Of a DNA stretch of 64,000 nt, positions 9,314-17,895 are shown piece by piece. Within the stretch, counting starts at the first letter, position 1; the number at the start of each line of letters is the position of its first letter. The DNA lies in assembly GCA_963664405.1 (NCBI GenBank), contig OY761158.1, forward strand, positions 3,840,001 to 3,904,000, written 5' to 3'. Source of the stretch: Thermoanaerobaculia bacterium (lineage in GTDB: Bacteria > Acidobacteriota > Thermoanaerobaculia > Multivoradales > Multivoraceae). The notes beneath the pieces were generated by a model that was not told the origin of the DNA, did not search any database, and was given only the letters and a program-made list of their open reading frames with translations. The position numbers were made by a program, and so were the translations under genes.

Positions 9314-10441
9314 ATGATCGCAGTGGCGATGAGTGGTGGTCTCGATTCGTCGTTGGTGGCGGCGATGCTGGCCGATTCCGACGAAGAGCTGGTTGGGCTC
9401 TCGATGTTGCTCTGGGACCAGTCGACCGTGAGTCGCAACGGCCGCTGCTGCGGCTCTCTGGATCTAGGTGATGCGAGGCGAGTGGCGCAGCAGATCGGTA
9501 TTCCCCACTATACGGTCCGTCTCGAAGAGGAGTTCAACCGCCATGTGGTGACTCCTTTCGTTCAGGATTACGCCGCGGGTCGGACCCCGAGCCCCTGTAT
9601 TCGCTGCAATACTTGGATCAAGTTCGACGTGTTTCTGCAACGTGCTGTCGAGCTGGGAGCCGACCGCATCGCGACAGGTCACTATGCTCGTATTCGCCAG
9701 GGTGAGAATGGGCTCGAGCTCCATCGTGCAGCGGATGAGACCAAGGACCAGAGTTACTTTCTTTTCGAGCTGACTCAACAACAGCTCGCCAGATCGATCT
9801 TCCCCCTCGGGGAGATGCGCAAGTCGGAGGCTCGAGCGGAGGCGCGCCGTCGAGAGCTGGTGGTCGCGGAGAAGGGCGAGAGCATGGACATCTGCTTTGT
9901 CTCCGGCAGCGTCAAGGAGTTCGTCGAAGAGCACTCAGCCGAGCTCGACACGATGGCCCCGAGCGCCGTGATCGACCGTGACGGCCGGCGGCTGGGAAGT
10001 GCTGGACCTTACTACTCCTATACGGTGGGCCAGCGCAAAGGCCTGGGAATCGCGGCATCGGAGCGCCTTTACGTGCTCGAGGTTCAACCGCGCGAGAACC
10101 GCTTGGTCGTGGGGCCTCAGGAGGAGCTATTCGAGAGTGGGTTCTACGGCGAGCGGCTGAGCTGGATCGGCGGTGAGCCTGGCGGAGAGGTCGAAGCGGA
10201 GGTGCGGATCCGCTCGCGAGATGCCGGCGTGCGATGTCGACTGAGGCCTCTATCCGGTAGCCGTGTCGAGGTTGAGCTCGCAGAGCCCCAGGCCGCGGTG
10301 TCGCCCGGGCAGGCGGCTGTCTTCTACTCCGGCACGCAGGTCTTGGGCGGCTGTTGGATCTCAGCGCCCGAGCCCGCGCCAATGACGATGACGAACTCGC
10401 CTTTCAGAGAGTCTCGCCGCGCGAGCGTCTCTCGGAGCTGA
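9314..10441 (+). CDS. mnmA: tRNA 2-thiouridine(34) synthase
   Basis: AMSGGLDSS PP-loop, TPSPCIRCN, IATGHYA, KDQSYFL, ESMDICF, TVGQRKGLG and PGQAAVFY motifs. Confidence 0.96.
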   Translation: MIAVAMSGGLDSSLVAAMLADSDEELVGLSMLLWDQSTVSRNGRCCGSLDLGDARRVAQQIGIPHYTVRLEEEFNRHVVTPFVQDYAAGRTPSPCIRCNTWIKFDVFLQRAVELGADRIATGHYARIRQGENGLELHRAADETKDQSYFLFELTQQQLARSIFPLGEMRKSEARAEARRRELVVAEKGESMDICFVSGSVKEFVEEHSAELDTMAPSAVIDRDGRRLGSAGPYYSYTVGQRKGLGIAASERLYVLEVQPRENRLVVGPQEELFESGFYGERLSWIGGEPGGEVEAEVRIRSRDAGVRCRLRPLSGSRVEVELAEPQAAVSPGQAAVFYSGTQVLGGCWISAPEPAPMTMTNSPFRESRRASVSRS

Positions 10442-11061
10442 GAGAGATCTCCGCGGAGTATCTCTTCGTGCATCTTGGTGAGCTCGCGCGCGACCGCCGC
10501 GGGCCGATCTCCAAAGACGGCGGTGGCATCTTCGAGACCGGCCAATAGCCGGTGGGGCGACTCGAAGAGGACGAGAGTGTGCTCCAAGTGCGCATAGCGC
10601 TCGAAGAAACGTCGTCTTCGGCCCGAGCGCGGAGGCGGGAAGCCGAGGAAGGTGAAAGGGTAAGGAGGGAGTGCGGACGCCACCAGGGCGGCGAGGAGTG
10701 CCGACGGTCCGGGTACGGGCTCGACTCGAATCCCCCGGGCTGCGGCCTCGCGTACGATCACGAAGCCGGGATCCGAGACCAGCGGCGTCCCAGCATCGCT
10801 GACGATGGCCACGCCCTGGCCACTCTCGAGATGTCTCAGTAACGGCTCGGTGCGGGATCGCTCGTTGTGGTCGTGGAGCGAGAGCAGCTTGCTCTTGACC
10901 CCAATTCCCGCCAGTAGGCGGCCCGTGCGTCGGGTATCTTCGCAGGCGACCAGCTCGACCGACTCGAGCACCTCTCGAGCTCGTGGTGAAAGGTCGCCGA
11001 GGTTTCCGATCGGGGTCGAGATCAGATAGAGAGTGCCCCCGACCGCGTTCTGAGTCGTCAC
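10324..11061 (-). CDS. rsmI: 16S rRNA (cytidine1402-2'-O)-methyltransferase
   Basis: LYLISTPIGNLGDLSPRA, ACEDTR, VSDAGTPLVSDPG, FESPHRL, ARELTKMHEE and KGEFVIVI motifs. Confidence 0.96.
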   Translation of the reverse strand: MTTQNAVGGTLYLISTPIGNLGDLSPRAREVLESVELVACEDTRRTGRLLAGIGVKSKLLSLHDHNERSRTEPLLRHLESGQGVAIVSDAGTPLVSDPGFVIVREAAARGIRVEPVPGPSALLAALVASALPPYPFTFLGFPPPRSGRRRRFFERYAHLEHTLVLFESPHRLLAGLEDATAVFGDRPAAVARELTKMHEEILRGDLSQLRETLARRDSLKGEFVIVIGAGSGAEIQQPPKTCVPE

Positions 11062-11065
11062 ACGA

Positions 11066-13309
11066 TCACCGACCGATCTGGGTGTAGATCTCGCGATATT
11101 GGCTTTGCGCCTTGAGTACTCGCTCGAGGTAGGCCCGTGTCTCCCCGAAGCTGACCTTGGTGAAGAACTCTTCCGGCTCGCTCGAGTAACAGTGGCTCCG
11201 CCACAGCATGGCCTGCGCTTCTCCGGCGTTGTAGGCGGCCACCATTGTCGGGGTGACGCCTTTGAAGCGGCTCTCCAGCTCCGCCAGGTAGGCGCCTCCT
11301 AGCTCGATCGAGATCTGCGGGTCGTTCAGATCCTCTTCGTCGAGGGGTCCCATCGCGTGTTTGGCCGCAAGACGCTGTGCTGTGGGCATGATGAACTGGC
11401 CGAGGCCCCGTGCCGAGGCGGGAGAAACCGCTTCGGGGTCGAAGCGGCTCTCTTCGCGGAAGATGGCGAGAAGCAGGGAGGGGTCGACGTCGTGGACGCG
11501 AGTGGCGGCGAGGATCTCCTCCTCGAAGGGAAAGGGGTAAAGAACAGCGCGCAGTTGGTGGGGAAGTAGAGCGTCAGGCAGATCTTTAGCGATTCGCTTG
11601 TGCAGGATCTCGGCGATGTAGAGGGCCCGTCGCGTACTCCCTTCTTGGGCGAGCTCGCAACTGGCGGTCAGGGCTAATGCTGGCCTGCTAACCGGGAAAT
11701 GGCGGAGAACCACTCGATTTCCCTCAGTCCACAGTCCCAGTGCCAGGAGCTTTTCCTCGGGGTCGGCGAGCTCTCGCTCCCAGATCGGCCAATCCTGGCT
11801 GGCGAGCGGGGCGAGACTGAGGAAGGTACTGTTTGACCGACTCTTGGAGAGGCGCTGGATGAGCCGATCCTTTGCTGCTTGGCCAGCCGGGTGTGAGTTA
11901 CCGAGGGCGCGCCAAGCCGCGGCGAGCTCTCGAGTGCGACTGGACTGGGCCAGATTGGAGGCGATCTCGATCGTTTGATTTCTCAGCGGAGCGAGACTGC
12001 GAAGACGCTGCTGGGCGGCCAGCGAAAGCGGGTGGTAAGGGTCGAGTCCGAGCGCCTCGAGGTAGTGAGCGACCGCGGTCTTGGTATCGGAAGCGAGCTC
12101 GGCGAGGCGGCCCCGCCAGTAGATCACTTCGATAGAGCCTCGCCCGAGGCTCTGCTCGCTCTGGCTGAGCCAAGCGTCGGCGCGATCTCGGCGTCGGCGC
12201 ACAATGTCGGAGCTGGCGAGGAAGAGCCGCGCGCGGCCGTTCTCTTGTCGCCAGGCGCGTTGGGTGGGTAGGAGGTCGATCAGCTCTTGCGCTGCGGCCT
12301 CCTTACCTGTTCGCCAGTCGAGCCGTAGTGCCGAGATCAGACCGGCCGACGCGAAGCGGCCACTTGTGTCTGCCAGGTAGGCACGTCGGTAAGTAGCTGA
12401 AGCTCGAGTCCAGTCGCCCATCAACTCAAAGCTTCGGCCTTGTTGATATAGAGCCCGAGCTTTCTCCTCCGGCTTGCGAGCCCGCTCCGCAAGCTCGCCA
12501 AAGGCCTTCGAAGCCTCGACGAGTCGGCCACTCCAAAACCATGATCTTGCTAGTCGGTAGTAGGTCTCGATGTCTTCGCGTCGCTCCAGCTGTTGTGGAA
12601 GGCTCTCCGTCGCGGCTCCGAGGTAGTGGGCAGCGAGGTCGAAGTTGCGGAAGTGATGGTGGGTAGAGCCAAGGATCGCGGAGGCTTCGGGATCGAGATT
12701 CTGCACAAATCGTAGTGACAGCCGGTCTACGGCGAGCCGAGCCGAGATGTCGGTCTGGTCTTCCTTGACCAGGGCGAAGAGCTCGGTATCGACTTCCACC
12801 GCCCCACCTTCGAGACGGCAGACGATCTGTGCCACGCTCAATCTTCTGCGAGTTTCGCCGGGAAGGTGCTGCACGGAAATCTGCTCGAGCACTCTGCAGT
12901 CGCCGCCGAGCTCTAAGCTTTGGGTTAGAAGTCGCTCTCCAGGCTGTATGAGCACTCGAGGCACGGGCCCGCTCAGAAACGAGACAAGGAGGCCGGCGGC
13001 GAGCTCGGGGTGCCCGAGGCGAATCTGGCTCTCGGCGACACGAAGGACGGCGAAGGGAGCCAGAGGTGGGTTGGAGCGCATCACGCCGACGTAGGCCGCG
13101 ATGGCCTCGCGCGGCTTGCCGAGGTCTTCCAGCAGGTGACCTTCGAGATAGTCGATGCCAAGATCTCTGGCCGTTTTCGGATCCTCCGAGAGGAGGTTTC
13201 CAGCGAGCTCGAGGGCTTGTTGGCTCTGACTCTGGCCTTGGAGCTCGACTAGCTCGATGCGAGGATCCTTAACGGCTAGAAGGACGAGTAGGAGTGGCAG
13301 CAGTGTCAT
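11066..13309 (-). CDS. Lytic transglycosylase (TPR superhelix + C-terminal SLT domain)
   Basis: AIFREESRFDPEAVSPASARGLGQFIMPTA, AAYNAG and FGETRAYLERV motifs; helical N-terminus and signal peptide. Confidence 0.9.
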   Translation of the reverse strand: MTLLPLLLVLLAVKDPRIELVELQGQSQSQQALELAGNLLSEDPKTARDLGIDYLEGHLLEDLGKPREAIAAYVGVMRSNPPLAPFAVLRVAESQIRLGHPELAAGLLVSFLSGPVPRVLIQPGERLLTQSLELGGDCRVLEQISVQHLPGETRRRLSVAQIVCRLEGGAVEVDTELFALVKEDQTDISARLAVDRLSLRFVQNLDPEASAILGSTHHHFRNFDLAAHYLGAATESLPQQLERREDIETYYRLARSWFWSGRLVEASKAFGELAERARKPEEKARALYQQGRSFELMGDWTRASATYRRAYLADTSGRFASAGLISALRLDWRTGKEAAAQELIDLLPTQRAWRQENGRARLFLASSDIVRRRRDRADAWLSQSEQSLGRGSIEVIYWRGRLAELASDTKTAVAHYLEALGLDPYHPLSLAAQQRLRSLAPLRNQTIEIASNLAQSSRTRELAAAWRALGNSHPAGQAAKDRLIQRLSKSRSNSTFLSLAPLASQDWPIWERELADPEEKLLALGLWTEGNRVVLRHFPVSRPALALTASCELAQEGSTRRALYIAEILHKRIAKDLPDALLPHQLRAVLYPFPFEEEILAATRVHDVDPSLLLAIFREESRFDPEAVSPASARGLGQFIMPTAQRLAAKHAMGPLDEEDLNDPQISIELGGAYLAELESRFKGVTPTMVAAYNAGEAQAMLWRSHCYSSEPEEFFTKVSFGETRAYLERVLKAQSQYREIYTQIGR

Positions 13310-14568
13310 GGCGGACCGGAGACGCGCTCTACGCGTGCACCCAGATCCTGCAATTTCAGTTCCATCTTTTCGTAGCCGCGGTCGAGGTGGTAGATGCGAT
13401 CGATGATCGACTCGCCCTTGGCGACCAGACCGGCCAGCACCAGACAGGCCGACGCTCTTAGATCGGTCGCCATGACATGGGCCCCAGAGAGTGTGCTGGG
13501 ACCGGAAACGCGGGCGAAACTCCCATCGAGCGCGATGTTGGCGCCCATTCGGGCCAACTCTGGGACGTGCTGAAAGCGATTCTCGAAGACTGTTTCGCAG
13601 ATGGTGGCGTGGCCCGCGGCCTGGGTCATCATGGCGAGGTACTGGGCCTGCAGATCGGTAGGGAAGCCCGGATGGGGGGCGGTGACCATGTCGCGCGGGA
13701 GCAGCTCGCCTTCTCGCTTGACCCGAATAGACTGCCCGCTGCCTTCGACATCGACGCCGGCCTCTTCTAGCTTTTCGAGAAGGGGCCGCAGCGTTTCGGC
13801 ATCGATGCCCTCGATAGTGACGTCCCCGCCGCTCATTGCCGCGGCGATGAGGTAGGTGCCTGCCTCGATTCGATCCGCGACGATGTGATGCTCGGCGCCA
13901 TGAAGGCGGTTGCTGCCTTCGATGCGGATAGCGTCTTCGCCTGCGCCTTCGATTTTGGCACCCATGGCGACGAGCAAAAGTGCCAAATCGACCACTTCTG
14001 GCTCACGGGCGCAATTTTCGAGCACGGTTTCCCCTCGAGCGAGGGCGGCCGCCATCATCAGGTTCTCGGTGCCGCCAACCGTCGGCTGGGAAAAGCGAAA
14101 GCGGGTCCCGACCAGCTGCGAAGCGGTTGCCTCTACATAACCCTCACGGAGCTCCACGGTAGCGCCCAGAGCCTCGAGGCCGGCGAGATGCTGGTCGATG
14201 GGGCGCACCCCGATTGCGCAGCCTCCCGGTAGCGAGACCCGGGCTCGTCCGCGCCGAGCGAGAAGCGGGCCGAGAACCAGCACACTGGCTCGCATCGTCT
14301 TCACCAACTCGTACGGTGCTTCGCTGGGAGCCGTCGTTGACGAAGGGGTGAGCTCGATCGCGTCGCCCCGGGAGTCGCTGAGCACACCGTCGTGGGCGAG
14401 AAGGCGTCGCATGGTGCGGATGTCGGCCACCTGGGGCGCGCCATGCAGAATCAGAGCATCGTCGGTAAGCAGACTGGCAGCGAGAGCCGGAAGGGCCGCG
14501 TTTTTTGCCCCGCTCGCGCGGATTTTCCCCTGCAGGCGTGTGGGGCCGAGGATGCGGAAGCGATCCAT
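13306..14568 (-). CDS. murA: UDP-N-acetylglucosamine 1-carboxyvinyltransferase
   Basis: GAKNAALP, MRASVLVLGPLL, LPGGCAIGVRPIDQH, HPGFPTDLQAQ, FENRF, TDLRASA and YHLDRGY motifs. Confidence 0.98.
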   Translation of the reverse strand: MDRFRILGPTRLQGKIRASGAKNAALPALAASLLTDDALILHGAPQVADIRTMRRLLAHDGVLSDSRGDAIELTPSSTTAPSEAPYELVKTMRASVLVLGPLLARRGRARVSLPGGCAIGVRPIDQHLAGLEALGATVELREGYVEATASQLVGTRFRFSQPTVGGTENLMMAAALARGETVLENCAREPEVVDLALLLVAMGAKIEGAGEDAIRIEGSNRLHGAEHHIVADRIEAGTYLIAAAMSGGDVTIEGIDAETLRPLLEKLEEAGVDVEGSGQSIRVKREGELLPRDMVTAPHPGFPTDLQAQYLAMMTQAAGHATICETVFENRFQHVPELARMGANIALDGSFARVSGPSTLSGAHVMATDLRASACLVLAGLVAKGESIIDRIYHLDRGYEKMELKLQDLGARVERVSGPP

Positions 14569-14582
14569 CTCGAGGTGCGACG

Positions 14583-15422
14583 CTAGGCAGTTCGAAGAAC
14601 GAGCACTCGTTGGTGGCCGGCGTAGTCGAAGATGCGCTCCACCAGATGAAGATCATACTGTGCCGCCAGCTCGACGGTGGCTTGCGCCTGACCCGCTCCG
14701 ACCTCTAGGAAGAAGAGTGCCCCCGATGCGAAGAGGCTCGCCTGCGCAAAGAGCCCTCGGTAGTAGCGCAGACCGCCCTCTGCGGCAAAGAGAGCGGTCG
14801 GCGGCTCCCAATCCCGCACTTCCGGAGACAGGTCGACGGCTTCTCTCTGGTCGATGTAGGGAAGGTTTGCGACGACGACTTCGGCCGGTGTCGGGCCGAG
14901 ACTATCGAGAAGAGTCGAAGCGTAGAAGGTCACTCTTGCCCCCAGGCGGTCCCGGTTCTCAGCAGCCAAGGCGAGCGCGGCGATCGAGATGTCGTTGGCG
15001 CAGATCCGGGAGCTCGGCGATTCCAGAGCGAGAGTAATGGCGATACATCCTGAGCCTGTACCGACGTCGAGAATTGTGGCTCCGCTCGCCGGCAGGCGGT
15101 CGAGAACCGCTGTTACAAGGTGCTCGGTCTCCGGGCGTGGCACCAGAACCCGGCGGTCGACCATGAACGGTCGCCCGTAGAACTCCTTCTCTCCAAGGAG
15201 GTAGGCCACCGGCTCGGCTCGTAGACGACGGTCGACGAGAGAGCGGAAGTGCTCCTCTTCGTCTGCGCTCAGTTCTCGGTCGGGGTTGGCCAGCAACTGC
15301 GCTTCCGAGATCCCGCAGCAGTGGGAGAGAAGGAGTCGCGCTTCGCGACGGGAAGGTTGGAAGGACGCGCTCCCGAGCTCGCTTCGGGCATAGCGGAGAA
15401 GCTCCTCCACTTTACGGCCCAC
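14583..15422 (-). CDS. prmC: Release factor glutamine methyltransferase
   Basis: EPVAYLLGEKEFYG, VLVPRPETE, LDVGTGSGCIA and ANLPY motifs; downstream of prfA. Confidence 0.96.
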   Translation of the reverse strand: MGRKVEELLRYARSELGSASFQPSRREARLLLSHCCGISEAQLLANPDRELSADEEEHFRSLVDRRLRAEPVAYLLGEKEFYGRPFMVDRRVLVPRPETEHLVTAVLDRLPASGATILDVGTGSGCIAITLALESPSSRICANDISIAALALAAENRDRLGARVTFYASTLLDSLGPTPAEVVVANLPYIDQREAVDLSPEVRDWEPPTALFAAEGGLRYYRGLFAQASLFASGALFFLEVGAGQAQATVELAAQYDLHLVERIFDYAGHQRVLVLRTA

Positions 15423-15454
15423 TGCCGTTCAAGCAGCGCTCGAGACGGTGGCCA

Positions 15455-16519
15455 TCATTGACCTGCGGTCTGGAAGTGCTTGGCCAGTGGGTCGATGAGT
15501 GGGTCGAGGTCGCCCTCGAGCACGTTGCCGAGTTGGTGCACCGTGAGGCCGATGCGGTGGTCGGTGACCCGGCTCTGAGGGAAGTTGTAGGTGCGGATCT
15601 TCTCCGACCGATCCCCGCTCCCGACCATTTTTCGTCGCTGTTCGGTCTCGGCCGATTGCGCCCTCTCGCGCTCGATCTCGAGCAGGCGCGCCTTGAGCAC
15701 ACGTAGGGCTTTGGCTTTGTTCTTGATCTGGCTGCGCTCATCCTGGCAGGTCACGACCAACCCGGTGGGCTCGTGAGTGAGCCTCACCGCCGAGTAGGTT
15801 GTGTTGACTCCCTGACCGCCGGGGCCGGAGGCGCAGTAGCGGTCGATACGCAGATCTTTCTCGTCGATCTGGACCTCGACGTCGTCGGCTTCGGGCAGTA
15901 CCGCCACAGTGACCGCGGAGGTGTGGATTCGCCCTGAGGCCTCGGTCTCGGGAACTCTCTGCACGCGGTGTACGCCGCCTTCGTACTTGAGCCGTTTATA
16001 GGCACCTTTGCCTTCGACGATGGCGGAGATCTCTTTGAGGCCTTTCACTCCGGACTCCGAGAGATCGAGGATCTCGATCCTCCAACTTTGAGCCTCCGCG
16101 AAGCGCGAGTACATACGAAAGAGCTCGGCGGCGAACAGCGTTGCTTCGTCGCCGCCTGTGCCGGCGCGAATCTCGAGTACCACGTTGCGCTCGTCGTTGG
16201 GGTCCTTGGGCGTCAGCTCGCGCTGCAAACGCTCTTCGAGGTCGACGGCGTCACTTTCGAGCTGGTCCAACTCGTTTTTGGCGAGGTCATATAGCTCGTC
16301 GTCTTTCGCCAGCTCTTCGAGCATTTCTCGAGTGCTGTCGCGCTCCTCGCGAGTCTTCTTGTAGCGCTGATAGAGCTCGACCGTCAGCCGAATATCCGCA
16401 AGCTCCTTCCCGGTGTCTCGGAATAGATTGTGGTCCGCGAGCACGGCTGGGTCGGCCAGCTTGTTGCTCAGCTCGGCATGCTTCGCCTCGATCTCCTGTA
16501 GGTGCTCGATCATGGTCAT
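15455..16519 (-). CDS. prfA: Peptide chain release factor 1
   Basis: EIRAGTGGDEA, GVHRVQRVPETE (PxT), GPGGQGVN (GGQ) and RTYNFPQSRVTDHRI motifs. Confidence 0.98.
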   Translation of the reverse strand: MTMIEHLQEIEAKHAELSNKLADPAVLADHNLFRDTGKELADIRLTVELYQRYKKTREERDSTREMLEELAKDDELYDLAKNELDQLESDAVDLEERLQRELTPKDPNDERNVVLEIRAGTGGDEATLFAAELFRMYSRFAEAQSWRIEILDLSESGVKGLKEISAIVEGKGAYKRLKYEGGVHRVQRVPETEASGRIHTSAVTVAVLPEADDVEVQIDEKDLRIDRYCASGPGGQGVNTTYSAVRLTHEPTGLVVTCQDERSQIKNKAKALRVLKARLLEIERERAQSAETEQRRKMVGSGDRSEKIRTYNFPQSRVTDHRIGLTVHQLGNVLEGDLDPLIDPLAKHFQTAGQ

Positions 16520-17895
16520 GATGCCAGGCTCTCCGGAGAGATATTCAGTCTCTTCATCATCTCATGCAGAGTGGTCGGCTTCACGTTGAGTAGGGCTGCC
16601 GCCTTCTTTTGCACTCCTCCAGACGCCCGCAAGGCCTTGACGATGAGCTGACGCTCATAGGTGGCTACCGCTTCTTTCAGAGAGAGACCGCTGGTAGGAA
16701 GAGAAGCGAGGGGTGCGCTGAGCTCAGCCGGCTGGCGGACGGTGGCGGGCAAGAGCTCGACCCCGAGGATTCTCCCTGTCGAGAGCACGACGGCGCGCTC
16801 TACTGCGTTTTCGAGCTCGCGAACATTTCCGGGCCAGCGGTAGTCCATCAGTAGCTGCATCGCGTTTGGAGAGATATCGGCGATGGGTTTTTTATTTTCC
16901 GTAGCGTACCTGGCGAGAAACGAGTGGGCCAAGAGAGGGATATCTTCGGCGCGTTTGCGCAGCGGAGGGAGGTTGATGGTGATGACGTTGAGCCGGTAGT
17001 AGAGATCTTCTCGAAAGGCGCCGTTCGCCACTAGTTTTTCGAGGTTCGCGTTGGTGGCCGCGATGATTCGCACCTCTGCTGTGAGCACCTCGACTCCGCC
17101 GAGACGCATGAACTCTTTCTCCTGGATGACGCGCAGGAGCTTCGCCTGGGTCTCGAGCGGAATGTTGCCGATTTCGTCGAAGAAGATGGATCCGCCGTGG
17201 GCAAGCTCGAAGAGGCCCTTCTTGTTGGAGATCGCACCGGTAAAAGAGCCCTTGACGTGACCGAAGAGATTGCTTTCGAGAAGGTCGGCGGGCATCGACC
17301 CTGAGTTCACGGTGACGAAGGGTCCATCTCTGCGTTTCGAGTTGTGATGGATCGCCTTGGCGACGAGCTCTTTGCCGGTGCCGCTCTCCCCCAACACCAA
17401 GATGTTGCTCCTCGATGGCGCCGCGAGTCGGATCAGATCGAAGACCTGCTGAATGACCTTGCTCTTGCCGATAATGCGCTCGAAGCCGAAGCGGCCGTGT
17501 AGCTGCTCCTTGAGCGATCGGTTCTCCTCCTCGAGTTGACGCCGCTCCAGCCCCTTCTGGATGATGAGGCTTACTTCGACGTTCTTGAAGGGCTTCGGGA
17601 TGTAGTGGAAGGCACCCAGTTTCATCGCGTCGATCGCTCCCTCGATCGAGGAGAATGCGGTGATGAGCACTACAACCTGATCCGGATCGCGTGCTTTGAT
17701 CTGGGTGAGGACCTCCATTCCCGACATCCCAGGCAGCATCAGATCGAGGAAGATCAGGTGAACATCCTCTTGGCTGAGAATCGTCAGCGCCTCCTCGCCG
17801 GTGCGGGCGACGAGGGGCTCGTGACCCTCTTCTCGCACCAGGCTTGCCAGGACGTCCTGGAGGACCTCTTCGTCGTCGACGATGAGAATGTTCAT
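16516..17895 (-). CDS. Sigma54-dependent response regulator (NtrC family)
   Basis: Receiver (ILIVDDE, LDLMLP), AAA+ ([30 protein letters not shown]) and Fis-type HTH. ATG 17895 overlaps the kinase stop codon. Confidence 0.95.
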   Translation of the reverse strand: MNILIVDDEEVLQDVLASLVREEGHEPLVARTGEEALTILSQEDVHLIFLDLMLPGMSGMEVLTQIKARDPDQVVVLITAFSSIEGAIDAMKLGAFHYIPKPFKNVEVSLIIQKGLERRQLEEENRSLKEQLHGRFGFERIIGKSKVIQQVFDLIRLAAPSRSNILVLGESGTGKELVAKAIHHNSKRRDGPFVTVNSGSMPADLLESNLFGHVKGSFTGAISNKKGLFELAHGGSIFFDEIGNIPLETQAKLLRVIQEKEFMRLGGVEVLTAEVRIIAATNANLEKLVANGAFREDLYYRLNVITINLPPLRKRAEDIPLLAHSFLARYATENKKPIADISPNAMQLLMDYRWPGNVRELENAVERAVVLSTGRILGVELLPATVRQPAELSAPLASLPTSGLSLKEAVATYERQLIVKALRASGGVQKKAAALLNVKPTTLHEMMKRLNISPESLAS

